Assembly (NCBI GenBank): GCA_963787445.1
Contig: CAWBCT010000005.1
Location: 128,001 to 192,000 of the forward strand
Length of the DNA: 64,000 bases
Direction: 5' to 3'
DNA from: an uncultured archaeon
GTDB taxonomy: Archaea > Micrarchaeota > Micrarchaeia > Micrarchaeales > CABMGC01
Shown here: positions 10,100-18,560 of the stretch, one piece after another
Layout: each line of letters opens with the position of its first letter
Position numbering within the stretch: position 1 is the first letter of the stretch
Program-made: the position numbers and the translations under genes
Notes under the pieces: generated by a model
What the model was told of the DNA's origin: nothing
Databases searched by the model: none
What the model saw: the letters and a program-made list of their open reading frames with translations, nothing else

Positions 10100-10573
10100 T
10101 TACTGCTTCGCTTCGGCGGGCTTGTGCTCTGCAGGCTTCTCAGTCTTCGGGGGCTTGGGCGCCTTCGGCTTCGCCTCGGCGGCTGCCGGCTTTGCCTCGG
10201 GTGCTCCGGAGCTCCTGCCCGTCGTCCTTGAGACCACGTCCTTGATCGCTGCGGCAGCCTCGCCCGGCTTCTCGATTGCGACCGAGGAGCACGGCACTGT
10301 CATTCCTAGCGCCTTGCCCAGGTCTAGCTTGGCAGGAACATAAACGTAGTTTATCTTCTTCTGCTCGCACAGGTTGGGTATGTGCATGACGATCTCTTCG
10401 GGCTCGACGTCCTCGGCGATGACCACCAGCGATGAGAGCCCTCGCTCCACGCTCTTGGTGACCTCGTTGACTCCCTTACGAATCGATCCGCTCTGCCTGG
10501 CTAGCCTTACAGCTTCCAGTGCCTTGTCTGCTACTTCCTTTGTTACTTCGAATTTCACGTACGATTTCGCCAT
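10100..10573 (-). CDS. rpl7ae: 50S ribosomal protein L7Ae with Pro/Ala/Lys-rich tail
   Basis: [36 protein letters not shown]. Confidence 0.95.
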   Translation of the reverse strand: MAKSYVKFEVTKEVADKALEAVRLARQSGSIRKGVNEVTKSVERGLSSLVVIAEDVEPEEIVMHIPNLCEQKKINYVYVPAKLDLGKALGMTVPCSSVAIEKPGEAAAAIKDVVSRTTGRSSGAPEAKPAAAEAKPKAPKPPKTEKPAEHKPAEAKQ

Positions 10574-10610
10574 ATACCTCATCTCATTGGTTTAGTATTA
10601 TCATAGGGAT
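10574..10610 (-). promoter_or_regulatory. Putative K-turn/K-loop in rpl7ae 5' leader overlapping the SD
   Basis: Minus strand ACC-AAU-GA-GAU-GA-GGU directly before AU-AUG; alternative register CCC-UAU-GA..UGA-GG. Confidence 0.5.
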
Positions 10611-10780
10611 CCGGTTGCATTCTTAGCCCATCCCTTGCTGCCTTCCTAAGTTCCTCGTCACCAGCCTTTCCCTGAAGCCTGACTCGCTCCTGGGTCACGC
10701 CGGTTCGAAACGCGGATAGCACATGCCCTCCGGTTGGATTCCTTCTCCAGTGGTCCATGGTCCCTTCCGAATGAATCTGT
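10605..10780 (-). ncRNA. Candidate structured RNA of unknown class
   Basis: GC-rich intergenic block after a TATA-like TTTAATAA; long-range pairings CCGG/CCGG, GCAU/AUGC, GCUAUCC/GGAUGGGC, GAUUC/GAAUC. Confidence 0.4.
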
Positions 10781-10816
10781 TTCAACATAATATCTCACTT
10801 CTAGATTATTAAACCT

Positions 10817-13045
10817 TTAATCGCCCAGGAACGACTGCGCCGTAGGCGGCTCCGGAGGCTGGCCCTTGCGCTTCCTTATCTCGCGCACCACCTGGCTCTG
10901 CAGCTCCTTGGGCAGCTTCTCATAGCCCGCATATTCGGGGTACCAGATCGCCTTTCCGCTCGTTATTCCTCGGATCTCGTTCGAGAAGCCCTTGATGACC
11001 TCTGCGACCGGCATCTTCGCGATGACCGTGGCCTGCTCGTTCTCCTGCTGTATGTCGAGAACCTGTCCGCGCTTGCCCTGGACGAAGCTGATGATCTCTG
11101 AAAGGTAATCCTGCGGGATGTTGATCGTGAACTTCTGCTTCGGCTCGAGCAGGCTTACCCCGGACATGAGCATACCCGCGTAGATCGGCCTTCTCATGGC
11201 CGGAATTATCTGTGAAGGTCCGCGGTGCGCCGAGTCTTCGTGGATCTTTGCGTCTATCAGGCAGACTTTTATTCCCGTGCAGCGCTCCCTTGCGAGAGGT
11301 CCGTCCTTCATCGCGTTCTCGAACGCCTGGGTCAGGAGCTCCATCACCTCGTTGAGGTACTGGACTCCCTTGGTCGAGTCTATAAGCACGCTGTTGTTGC
11401 TGACGTAGACGATCCCCTTCGCCTCCTCTCTCGCCATCCCTGCCTTGATGACCGGCTCGATGTGCAGCTTTCCTTTCGGCTTTCCTTCCTTGAGCTCGCC
11501 CTCCTCGATCATCTTGAGCACGCCCGGCTCGAGCGGCTTCACGTCCACGTAGAATCGGTTGTGCCTGTTCTGCGACTTGCCCTCCACGTTCTTGGTCTCC
11601 GACTCGATGGTCTCGCGGTAGACGACTATCGGTTCGCTGGTGGTTATGTCTATCTTGTAATTGTCCCTGATCTTTGTCTCGATTACTTCCAGGTGGAGCT
11701 CTCCCATCCCGCTGACCAGGTGCTCTCCGGTCTCCTGGTTTAGTTCGATTCGGATGGTCTGGTCCTCCTTTGAAAGCTCGCGCATCGCCTCTATGAGCTT
11801 CATCAGGTCGCGGTTGTCCTTCGCCTCTATCGCCTTGGTCACGACCGGCTGCGAGTAGTGCCTTATCAGCTCGAAAGGCTCGATGTTGTCCTCGCTTACA
11901 GTGTCTCCTATTGAAAAGTTCTTCATGCCCACCAAAGCCGCAATGTTCCCGGCGGAGATGTGCTCCACGGTCACGCGCTCCGGTCCCATGTATATTCCGA
12001 CCTGCTGGACGCGCTGCGGATCGTTCATCCCGGTGCAGTAGACGCTGCTTCCCTTGCGCACCGTTCCCGAGAAGACCCGGCCGATGGCGATCTCGCCGCT
12101 GTGCGGGTCGTTCGCTATCCCGAAGATTACCATGTTCACCTTTCCGTCCGGGTTCACGGTCATCATGTCCTTGCCGTCGGGGCTCTCTATGTCGCCGTGC
12201 CAAAGGTGCTTGATTCGGTAGGGCTGGGCAGTCTGCGGGTTGGGCAGGTGCTCAATCATCATGGAAAGGCAGGCCTCGTCGATGGGTGCGTCGGCCTGGA
12301 GCTTTGCCTCAAGCTTCGCCTTCTCGTCTGCCGACTTGGCGGCGTTTATCTCCTGCGTAAGCTTGAAGATGTCCTTGAACGTCACGTTGTGGGTCTGCAT
12401 GATGCGGGATGAGATCGCCCACTTCTTTACCGCTGAACCGAAGCAGATGCTTCCGTCCTCTACCTTCACCTGCCACTTGCCCTTGAACTCTTCCGGAGCG
12501 AAGCGTGTGATCAGCTTGTTTATGTCCAGGATCAGCTTTAGAAGCCGTTCGAACGCCTGTTCGGGTGTGAGCTTTAGCTCATTCAGCAGTCGGTCGGTCT
12601 TGTTTACAAATAGAACTGGCTTTGCGCGCTCCTGAAGCGCCTGCCTCAGAACGGTCTCTGTCTGGGGCATTATTCCCTCGACAGGGTCCACAACCAGGAC
12701 CACTCCGTCAACTGCGCGCATGGCGCGGGTGACGTGTCCGCCGAAGTCAACGTGGCCCGGCGTGTCGATCAGGTTGATTATGTGGTCCTTCCCGTTGTAG
12801 GGGAATGAAAGCGAGATATCTGCGGACTTGATGGTCATTCTGCGGTCCTTTTCTATCGCTTCGTAGTTTGTGTAAAGCGCGTCTCCAGCTACCGCTCTGG
12901 AGATTATTCCTGCGCGGGCCAGAAGCGAGTCAGTAAGAGTTGTCTTGCCGTGGTGAACGTGGGCTATGATCGCTACGTTGCGGATCCTGGCGGTATCCCT
13001 CATGATGCCGACCACTTCCTCCGCTACGAACTCTTTCCTTACCAT
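10817..13045 (-). CDS. fusA: Elongation factor 2 (aEF-2)
   Basis: AHVHHGKTT, DTPGHVDFGG, NKTD, GMGELHL, diphthamide loop HEDSAHRG. Confidence 0.97.
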   Translation of the reverse strand: MVRKEFVAEEVVGIMRDTARIRNVAIIAHVHHGKTTLTDSLLARAGIISRAVAGDALYTNYEAIEKDRRMTIKSADISLSFPYNGKDHIINLIDTPGHVDFGGHVTRAMRAVDGVVLVVDPVEGIMPQTETVLRQALQERAKPVLFVNKTDRLLNELKLTPEQAFERLLKLILDINKLITRFAPEEFKGKWQVKVEDGSICFGSAVKKWAISSRIMQTHNVTFKDIFKLTQEINAAKSADEKAKLEAKLQADAPIDEACLSMMIEHLPNPQTAQPYRIKHLWHGDIESPDGKDMMTVNPDGKVNMVIFGIANDPHSGEIAIGRVFSGTVRKGSSVYCTGMNDPQRVQQVGIYMGPERVTVEHISAGNIAALVGMKNFSIGDTVSEDNIEPFELIRHYSQPVVTKAIEAKDNRDLMKLIEAMRELSKEDQTIRIELNQETGEHLVSGMGELHLEVIETKIRDNYKIDITTSEPIVVYRETIESETKNVEGKSQNRHNRFYVDVKPLEPGVLKMIEEGELKEGKPKGKLHIEPVIKAGMAREEAKGIVYVSNNSVLIDSTKGVQYLNEVMELLTQAFENAMKDGPLARERCTGIKVCLIDAKIHEDSAHRGPSQIIPAMRRPIYAGMLMSGVSLLEPKQKFTINIPQDYLSEIISFVQGKRGQVLDIQQENEQATVIAKMPVAEVIKGFSNEIRGITSGKAIWYPEYAGYEKLPKELQSQVVREIRKRKGQPPEPPTAQSFLGD

Positions 13046-13057
13046 GTGTTAACACCA

Positions 13058-13849
13058 TTACCTTGCCCTTCGCGCGATGCGCTCTCCTTCTGTGCGCTTC
13101 TTGATCGCATAGCTGTCAGGCGCCTTTGTCGCCGCCAGAAGTATCTCGTCGGCAAGTGCCTGGGCGAGCGTCTTCTTCTTGTTGAATGCGTTGATGAGCG
13201 CTGAAAGTGCGATGTTCCTTAGTGCGACGTCCACTCTGCGGTTCGAGCTGATTCCGACCGCGACGTTGTAGGAGATTCCTCCGTACCTTACCCGGGTTGT
13301 GTCCTCAATCGGCGCGGCGTTCTGCATCGCGTCTACGAAAACCTGGACCGGATTCTTGCCGGTCTTCTGGTGTATGGACTCGAAGGCGTCCTCGACTATG
13401 TGCATGACCTTGAGCTTCTTGCCCTGCAGCCTGCCCTCGGTTCGAATCACCTTGCCGCCGACCTTCTTTCCGGTGCCGCCGCGCATGAGCTTGTTCATGA
13501 GCCTCTCGACTATGTTAATGTGAGAGTTGTAGTAGGCCTGGTTCTTCCTCCTTCCGAACAGGTTCGGGTAGGGCTGGCGCGTGAACTTTATGTAGTTTAC
13601 TATGCTCTGGTCGGTTACCTGGATTGAGGAAAGGTCGTACTTCCCGAAGAGCAGAAGGACGGTGTCGTCTGCCAGGTGCTTTGAAGGGTTAGAGGCCTTG
13701 GACTCGCCTGCCGGAGCATTCTCTGCGCTCTTTGGTGCGGCTCTTCGCCTAGGCTTGGGAGCCGGTGCGGCAGCTGGGATGACCACAGGTAGTGCAGGCT
13801 GCACTTTCTCGATTTCAGTTGACACGCTAGCTTCCTCTGCCATGAACAT
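13058..13849 (-). CDS. rps7: 30S ribosomal protein S7 with long N-terminal extension
   Basis: LFGKYD, IVERLMNKLM, NPVQVFVDA, RVRYGGISY, ERIARRAR. Confidence 0.95.
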   Translation of the reverse strand: MFMAEEASVSTEIEKVQPALPVVIPAAAPAPKPRRRAAPKSAENAPAGESKASNPSKHLADDTVLLLFGKYDLSSIQVTDQSIVNYIKFTRQPYPNLFGRRKNQAYYNSHINIVERLMNKLMRGGTGKKVGGKVIRTEGRLQGKKLKVMHIVEDAFESIHQKTGKNPVQVFVDAMQNAAPIEDTTRVRYGGISYNVAVGISSNRRVDVALRNIALSALINAFNKKKTLAQALADEILLAATKAPDSYAIKKRTEGERIARRAR

Positions 13850-14277
13850 TACCTCTTTGGCTTCTCCTTCTTGCCCTTGACTACCTGATAAATGTCTGCG
13901 CCGTTGACCGCGATAACCTTGTACTTCAGGCCGGGTATGCAGCCCATCTGGCCTCGCTGCGAGCCGCCGAGCCCTTGTATGGTTACCTCGTCGTGTTCCT
14001 CAATCATGTTTATCGAGCCGTCGTAGGGGACGAATGCTCCTACCACCTTTCCGTTCTTGGTTAGCTGCACTCGGACGCACTTGATTAGCCCCGAGTGGGG
14101 TTGCTTCTGCTGCAGCACGAACTTCTGGAGCACAAGCGCCTTTGCCATCGGAACGCATCCGACCGGGTCGTACTTCTGCTTCAGCTTGAAATATCTCCTC
14201 TTCCACCACTTCTTCAGTAGCCTTTGCTTCTTGCGCTTCCTTTGAAGTTCTTTTGCGGCGAATTCTCCTTTTGGCAA
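13849..14277 (-). CDS. rps12: 30S ribosomal protein S12 (uS12), TTG start
   Basis: KQPHSGLIKCVRVQL.KNGK, AFVPYDG, GKKEKPKR. Confidence 0.95.
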   Translation of the reverse strand: MPKGEFAAKELQRKRKKQRLLKKWWKRRYFKLKQKYDPVGCVPMAKALVLQKFVLQQKQPHSGLIKCVRVQLTKNGKVVGAFVPYDGSINMIEEHDEVTIQGLGGSQRGQMGCIPGLKYKVIAVNGADIYQVVKGKKEKPKR

Positions 14278-14285
14278 TTATACAC

Positions 14286-14597
14286 CTATGCGTATTCCTC
14301 TTTCAGTATGTTGGAGTTGCCCTCTGCGAGTATCGCGAGCGCGTTGACCGAGTGCGGCTTTCCGCACAGAGCACCAAGCTCGAGAGAGTTTCCATTAAAT
14401 GCGATTGTGCGGATTCCAGATACCTTGCACATGTGAAGTATGTCCTCGACAACCTCCTTCTTGCCCTTTGCTGCAACTACGACTGCGTGCGCCTTGGCAT
14501 TGCTGATGTACCTCATGACGTCGCGACTGCCAAACGTGACTTTGCCGGTGTCTATCACGAGTCTAAGGTCGTTGTTAAGGTCACTCACGTTAATCAT
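14286..14597 (-). CDS. rpl30e: 50S ribosomal protein L30e
   Basis: TGKVTFG, GNSLELGALCGKPH, GNSNIL; upstream of rps12. Confidence 0.93.
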   Translation of the reverse strand: MINVSDLNNDLRLVIDTGKVTFGSRDVMRYISNAKAHAVVVAAKGKKEVVEDILHMCKVSGIRTIAFNGNSLELGALCGKPHSVNALAILAEGNSNILKEEYA

Positions 14598-14660
14598 CTA
14601 TCTTTGGGTTCGGCCAACGGGCCTCATTACCAGAACGCCAACGAACGCAATTGCATTCGG
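14598..14660 (-). promoter_or_regulatory. Structured 5' leader of rpl30e with canonical K-turn (14607-14631) and hairpin (14642-14659)
   Basis: GGU-AAU-GA-GGCC-cguu-GGCC-GA-ACC; CGAAUGC-aauu-GCGUUCG; TATA-like TTTAAATA at about 14695-14702. Confidence 0.7.
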
Positions 14661-14799
14661 GAGTATAAGGTACTAGTAATTTGCACAAAAAGGTATTTAA
14701 ATGTTCATTAGTGGTTAGCGACTGCAATGTTGGCAGATTTTGGACGGACAAACATCTGCAGCTTTATATATCTGATTAAATGTCAACTATTCCGATGCT

Positions 14800-15426
14800 A
14801 TGGCCCAGACGAAGTACCGGATCCTTGAAAACGAGCATTTTCAGGGCAAGGACCGCACCCTTTATAGAATACAGGCAGTTCGCTCGTTCAAAGGCGTCAG
14901 GGAGGGCGATATGGGGGGATTTCTAGAGTCGGAGAGGAATCTTTCTCACGATGGAAACGCATGGGTTGGCGGGAATGCAAAGGCGTATGGAGAAACCTGT
15001 GTTTTCGAGAATGGCAGACTTCTTGATACGGCACATGCAATAAACGCCTGGATCGAGGGAAACTCTGTTGTTTTTCAGAATGCCAGACTGAAAGGGACAA
15101 GGGTGGAGGGAAGCGCGAAGGTAGGAGGAGAGGTCTTGGTTGACGGCTGGGCCTGGATAAAAGACAATGCACGGGTGCTGGGAAACACGGAAGTCAGGTA
15201 TGGATGGGTCGGAGGCAACGCTCTGCTCTTTGGAGGCATAATCGATGGAGGTGTGTTTGTAGAGGGTAATGTGAAGATATTTGGGGGGTATATCTCAACG
15301 CACACGAAATTAGGTGGCGTTATAGACAGTGGCGTTCTTCGTGGAGAAGAAAACCCGTTCAAGGCTCTTATCAGGACAGGGGCAGAAATAATAAGAGTTC
15401 CAGCGCGAACGTTCATACCGGCATGA
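14800..15426 (+). CDS. Phage-related left-handed beta-helix (hexapeptide repeat) protein
   Basis: N-terminal KY..RTLYRIQAVRSF..V..GDMGGFLESERNLSH.GNAWV followed by GNA.V hexapeptide repeats. Confidence 0.75.
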   Translation: MAQTKYRILENEHFQGKDRTLYRIQAVRSFKGVREGDMGGFLESERNLSHDGNAWVGGNAKAYGETCVFENGRLLDTAHAINAWIEGNSVVFQNARLKGTRVEGSAKVGGEVLVDGWAWIKDNARVLGNTEVRYGWVGGNALLFGGIIDGGVFVEGNVKIFGGYISTHTKLGGVIDSGVLRGEENPFKALIRTGAEIIRVPARTFIPA

Positions 15427-15488
15427 GTTGCAAACCAAAGAAACGAATAAGGCTTATATATTTAATTGACGTAATATAATTGATACTT

Positions 15489-15686
15489 ATGAGAATTAAG
15501 GAACTTAGACCCCTGTCAACCGATGCCCTGAAGGCCAAGCTCAAGGAGCTGAGCCTAGAGACGAGCATAGAGAAAAGGAAGGTGGTCTCCACAGGAGTCT
15601 CCAGCAAGAAGATAAAGCTTCGCGAGATGAGGAGGACGACAGCGAAGATACTAACCCTGCTTAACGAAAGAGGTGCGGCAGCCTAA
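15489..15686 (+). CDS. rpl29: 50S ribosomal protein L29
   Basis: MRIKELR.LS..L..KLKEL, LREMRRTTAKILT. Confidence 0.88.
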   Translation: MRIKELRPLSTDALKAKLKELSLETSIEKRKVVSTGVSSKKIKLREMRRTTAKILTLLNERGAAA

Positions 15687-15991
15687 TGCCTGATATCTGT
15701 CCAAAGTGCGGTCTCCCTAAGGAGATCTGCGTATGCGATGTACTTAACAAAGAGACAAACCGCCGCATAAAGGTCTACACCGAGAAGAAGAAGTTCAGAA
15801 AATACATGACCGTAGTGTCGGGTCTGTCTGGCGACGAGATGGAGAAAACCGCAAAGGAATTGAAGCATATCCTAGCCTGCGGCGGAACCTCAAAGAACGG
15901 GATGATCGAGCTTCAGGGCGAGCACAAGGATGCGGTGAAGAAGGCGCTTCTCGACCTGGGCTACCCTCAAGAAAGCATTGATGCGGCCTGA
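15686..15991 (+). CDS. sui1: Translation initiation factor aIF1 (SUI1)
   Basis: CPKCGLPKEICVC, ACGGT.K, IELQGEH. Confidence 0.95.
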   Translation: MPDICPKCGLPKEICVCDVLNKETNRRIKVYTEKKKFRKYMTVVSGLSGDEMEKTAKELKHILACGGTSKNGMIELQGEHKDAVKKALLDLGYPQESIDAA

Positions 15992-15996
15992 TTGGC

Positions 15997-16744
15997 ATGA
16001 GTTTTAGGTACAACTCAATTCAAATTATTTCTAAAAAAAACTTTCAGAAAGTTTTTTCCTGTTCCAAAATCTCCGTGGACCACAGGGTATGTTGAAGATA
16101 TATGCAGCGTGAACCTGGTTCCTCCGGATAAACTGAAATCATTTTTCGCTGAATGCATAAAGAAACTTCAGGATGTCAAAGGGAAGGAGATAGGGGATTA
16201 TCTTGAATTTGGCGTATTCAATGGTTCCTCGATGTCAAGCATGTATCTGACTGCAAAAAGTTTAGGCATCAATTCGACAAGATTCTTTGGTTTTGATGCA
16301 TTTCAGGGTCTCCCTGAAGGTGCAGAGAAGGAGGATGACGGGGTTTGGAAGAAAGGTTTCTACACCTGCTCTTTTGAAAAGATGCAGGACTGCTTAAGGA
16401 GAAAGGAGATTGACCCGAGCAAGATCAATTGGATAAAAGGATGGTACAACAAAACGCTTAACAAAGAAACAATTGGTAAATTCGGCATAAAGAAAATCGG
16501 GATCGCATTTATTGATTGTGACACTTACAGTTCATCAAAGGCTGTGCTTGATTTCATTGGGCCGTTGCTTACAGAACAGGCAATCCTCTGTTTTGACGAC
16601 TGGAAATTAAACGACCTTGATGTAAAGGGAATGGGAGAATACAAATCGTTTAACGAATTTTTAGAGAAAAACAAGCATCTGGAAGCGAAAGAGATAAAGT
16701 CGTACAATAGGAAATCGCGCTCATTTTTAATTAAGCCACGGTAA
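15997..16744 (+). CDS. TylF/MycF-like SAM-dependent O-methyltransferase, apparent +1 frameshift near the 5' end
   Basis: YLEFGVFNGSS, FGFDAFQGLP, IDCDTYSS, FDDW; frame open from 16001 but ATG at 15997 is one base out; AT-rich. Confidence 0.75.
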
Positions 16745-16749
16745 TTTAA

Positions 16750-17388
16750 TTACTTTTCTGTACTGCTAGGACAGATATTTTTTAGTACGCATCTTTCACA
16801 ATATTTTGTCCTAGCCGTACAAGTATCTCTACCTAACGCGATAAGTAGGTTGGAGGTAACCTTCCATCTCTCCTCGGGTATTATTTTAATCAAATCCTTC
16901 TCTATCTTGTCTGCAACCTTGTGACGAGTGAATCCTAGCCTCTGGGTTACGGTTATGCAGTGCGTGTCTATGGCTATTCCTTCTGAGATTCCGAAGCCCT
17001 CGTTGAGCATTACGTTCGCAACCTTCCTTCCCACGCCGGGCAGCTCCATCAATTCGGGGATGGTGCGGGGGACATCGCCGCCGTAAACGTCAATAATCAT
17101 CTTTGCAGCCCGCTTTACGTGGCGCGCCTTCGTCTTGTAGTAGTTCAGTCCACTTATATCTCTTGAGAGCTTGCGCAGGTCCGCATTCGCGTAGTCGGAG
17201 AAGGTCTTGTACTTCCTGAACAGCTCTGTCGTGACCACATTGACCTGCTTGTCCGTACACTGCGGCGAGAGCATTATGGCGACGAGAAGCTGGGTCCTGT
17301 TCCTGTGGCTAAGCTCGGTGTGGAGCTTGTCGCTGTAGCGCTCCAGGAGCAGGTCAAGGACCCTGTTTGCATACGCGGTTTTGTTCAG
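16750..17388 (-). CDS. nth: Endonuclease III (HhH-GPD, 4Fe-4S), probable CTG start
   Basis: LPGVGRKVAN, AIDTH, C-x6-C-x2-C-x5-C; frame extends upstream of the ORF-track ATG through TEL..QLLVAIMLSPQ. Confidence 0.9.
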   Translation of the reverse strand: MNKTAYANRVLDLLLERYSDKLHTELSHRNRTQLLVAIMLSPQCTDKQVNVVTTELFRKYKTFSDYANADLRKLSRDISGLNYYKTKARHVKRAAKMIIDVYGGDVPRTIPELMELPGVGRKVANVMLNEGFGISEGIAIDTHCITVTQRLGFTRHKVADKIEKDLIKIIPEERWKVTSNLLIALGRDTCTARTKYCERCVLKNICPSSTEK

Positions 17389-17456
17389 GCAATCACGGGA
17401 TTCGTTGAGATATGCTTATATTAATAATCGCCTTTAATAAAAAGTAGGATGTTTCG

Positions 17457-17987
17457 ATGAAAGCGCAGTTCTGGTCGTTCGATATGATCTTCGCCATCGT
17501 CATCTTCGTGGTCTCCATAATAATACTGTTGTATGCGTGGATAACCATAAGCGGCCAGTTCTCGCTCTCCTATGGCAGCAGCGTAAACATAATGCAGTGG
17601 CAGATGCAGAACCTGGGCGTTAGCCTGCTGCTTCCGGGCCAGCCGACAAACTGGGATGCCGCAATCAACACCACGAACACGATCACCTGGAGCAACGTGA
17701 CTGTGGGCTTCGGCAACCTGAGCAACAGCGGGCTCTCCTACAATAAGGTAATGACGTTCGCCTCGATGGCGAATGCAAATTACTCGGAGACCAAGGCGCT
17801 TCTCGGTGTTGGCTACGATTATTACATAAACATCGGGAGCAGCAGCTTCAACATCACGATTGGGAGGAACCCGGTGCTCTACAACCCCGTCTCCATCCAG
17901 GTCCTCAACGAGCCGGTGGTGATAGGCGGGATTCCCGCAACGATGACCATAAGGGTGTGGACAAATACCACTTTCGGCATAGGCTAA
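17457..17987 (+). CDS. Type IV pilin-like protein (class III signal peptide)
   Basis: MKAQ followed by hydrophobic FWSFDMIFAIVIFV; many N-x-S/T sites; next to the pilus locus. Confidence 0.75.
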   Translation: MKAQFWSFDMIFAIVIFVVSIIILLYAWITISGQFSLSYGSSVNIMQWQMQNLGVSLLLPGQPTNWDAAINTTNTITWSNVTVGFGNLSNSGLSYNKVMTFASMANANYSETKALLGVGYDYYINIGSSSFNITIGRNPVLYNPVSIQVLNEPVVIGGIPATMTIRVWTNTTFGIG

Positions 17988-18010
17988 CCGAACTTAAAGA
18001 ATAAGGTTAG

Positions 18011-18559
18011 TTACTTGTATCCTTTCTTCTTGTAAACATATTTTGTTAAATCGTAGGCTAATGTGTAGCTAAGAAACGCTCCGAATACAATCCAGTTTCC
18101 ATAAAACAGACAATAGATGAATGTCGGGACTGGATAATACAGCATTGACTCGGTTAGTAGGTTCACAATCTTTTTCTTTGTCTTTACGACGTCCCCAACG
18201 TAATCTTTTAATGAGCCAAAAATCAAAAATACAAAGTAGAATACTAAAAATAATATAGGGTTGAAGGTTTGTGAGAACAGAAAGGCGATTATAATTATCG
18301 AGGCTGCAACCTGATGATTCAGATAGTCAAGTCTGTTCCTTATGATAAATGCGAGGGTCATAGCGAGTAAAATGTTGGCAATCAAGGTGTTACTTAATAC
18401 AAGTAATACTGCCACCAGACCTTCAAGAAGACCAAAAAGCAGGGCGCTGCCTTTAAACCATTTCAATCCATGCTCGTCCAGAAGATCAGCAATCTTCATC
18501 GTTATTCCGAACAGCAATGCGTAAAGTATAATCATAGGAAAGGAGAACAAATCTATCAT
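18011..18559 (-). CDS. Multi-pass membrane protein
   Basis: About 6 hydrophobic segments, KIADLLDEHG motif; AT-rich; ATG 1 nt after the upstream stop. Confidence 0.7.
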   Translation of the reverse strand: MIDLFSFPMIILYALLFGITMKIADLLDEHGLKWFKGSALLFGLLEGLVAVLLVLSNTLIANILLAMTLAFIIRNRLDYLNHQVAASIIIIAFLFSQTFNPILFLVFYFVFLIFGSLKDYVGDVVKTKKKIVNLLTESMLYYPVPTFIYCLFYGNWIVFGAFLSYTLAYDLTKYVYKKKGYK

Positions 18560-18560
18560 T

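Noticed and set aside
10695-10720. GGTTCGAAA resembling a tRNA T-loop; partial RNase P and cobalamin-riboswitch-like words nearby
   Set aside because: No T-stem or cloverleaf, no P4 helix partner, and the riboswitch elements are out of order.
10579-10788. 69-aa ORF between fusA and rpl7ae
   Set aside because: No recognisable motif, and the region is better explained as structured RNA. Not fully excluded.
10920-12203. 427-aa alternative-frame ORF inside fusA, and similar long shadow ORFs in sdhA, the ATPases and infB
   Set aside because: Arg/Gly-rich products are expected from high GC3 codon bias.
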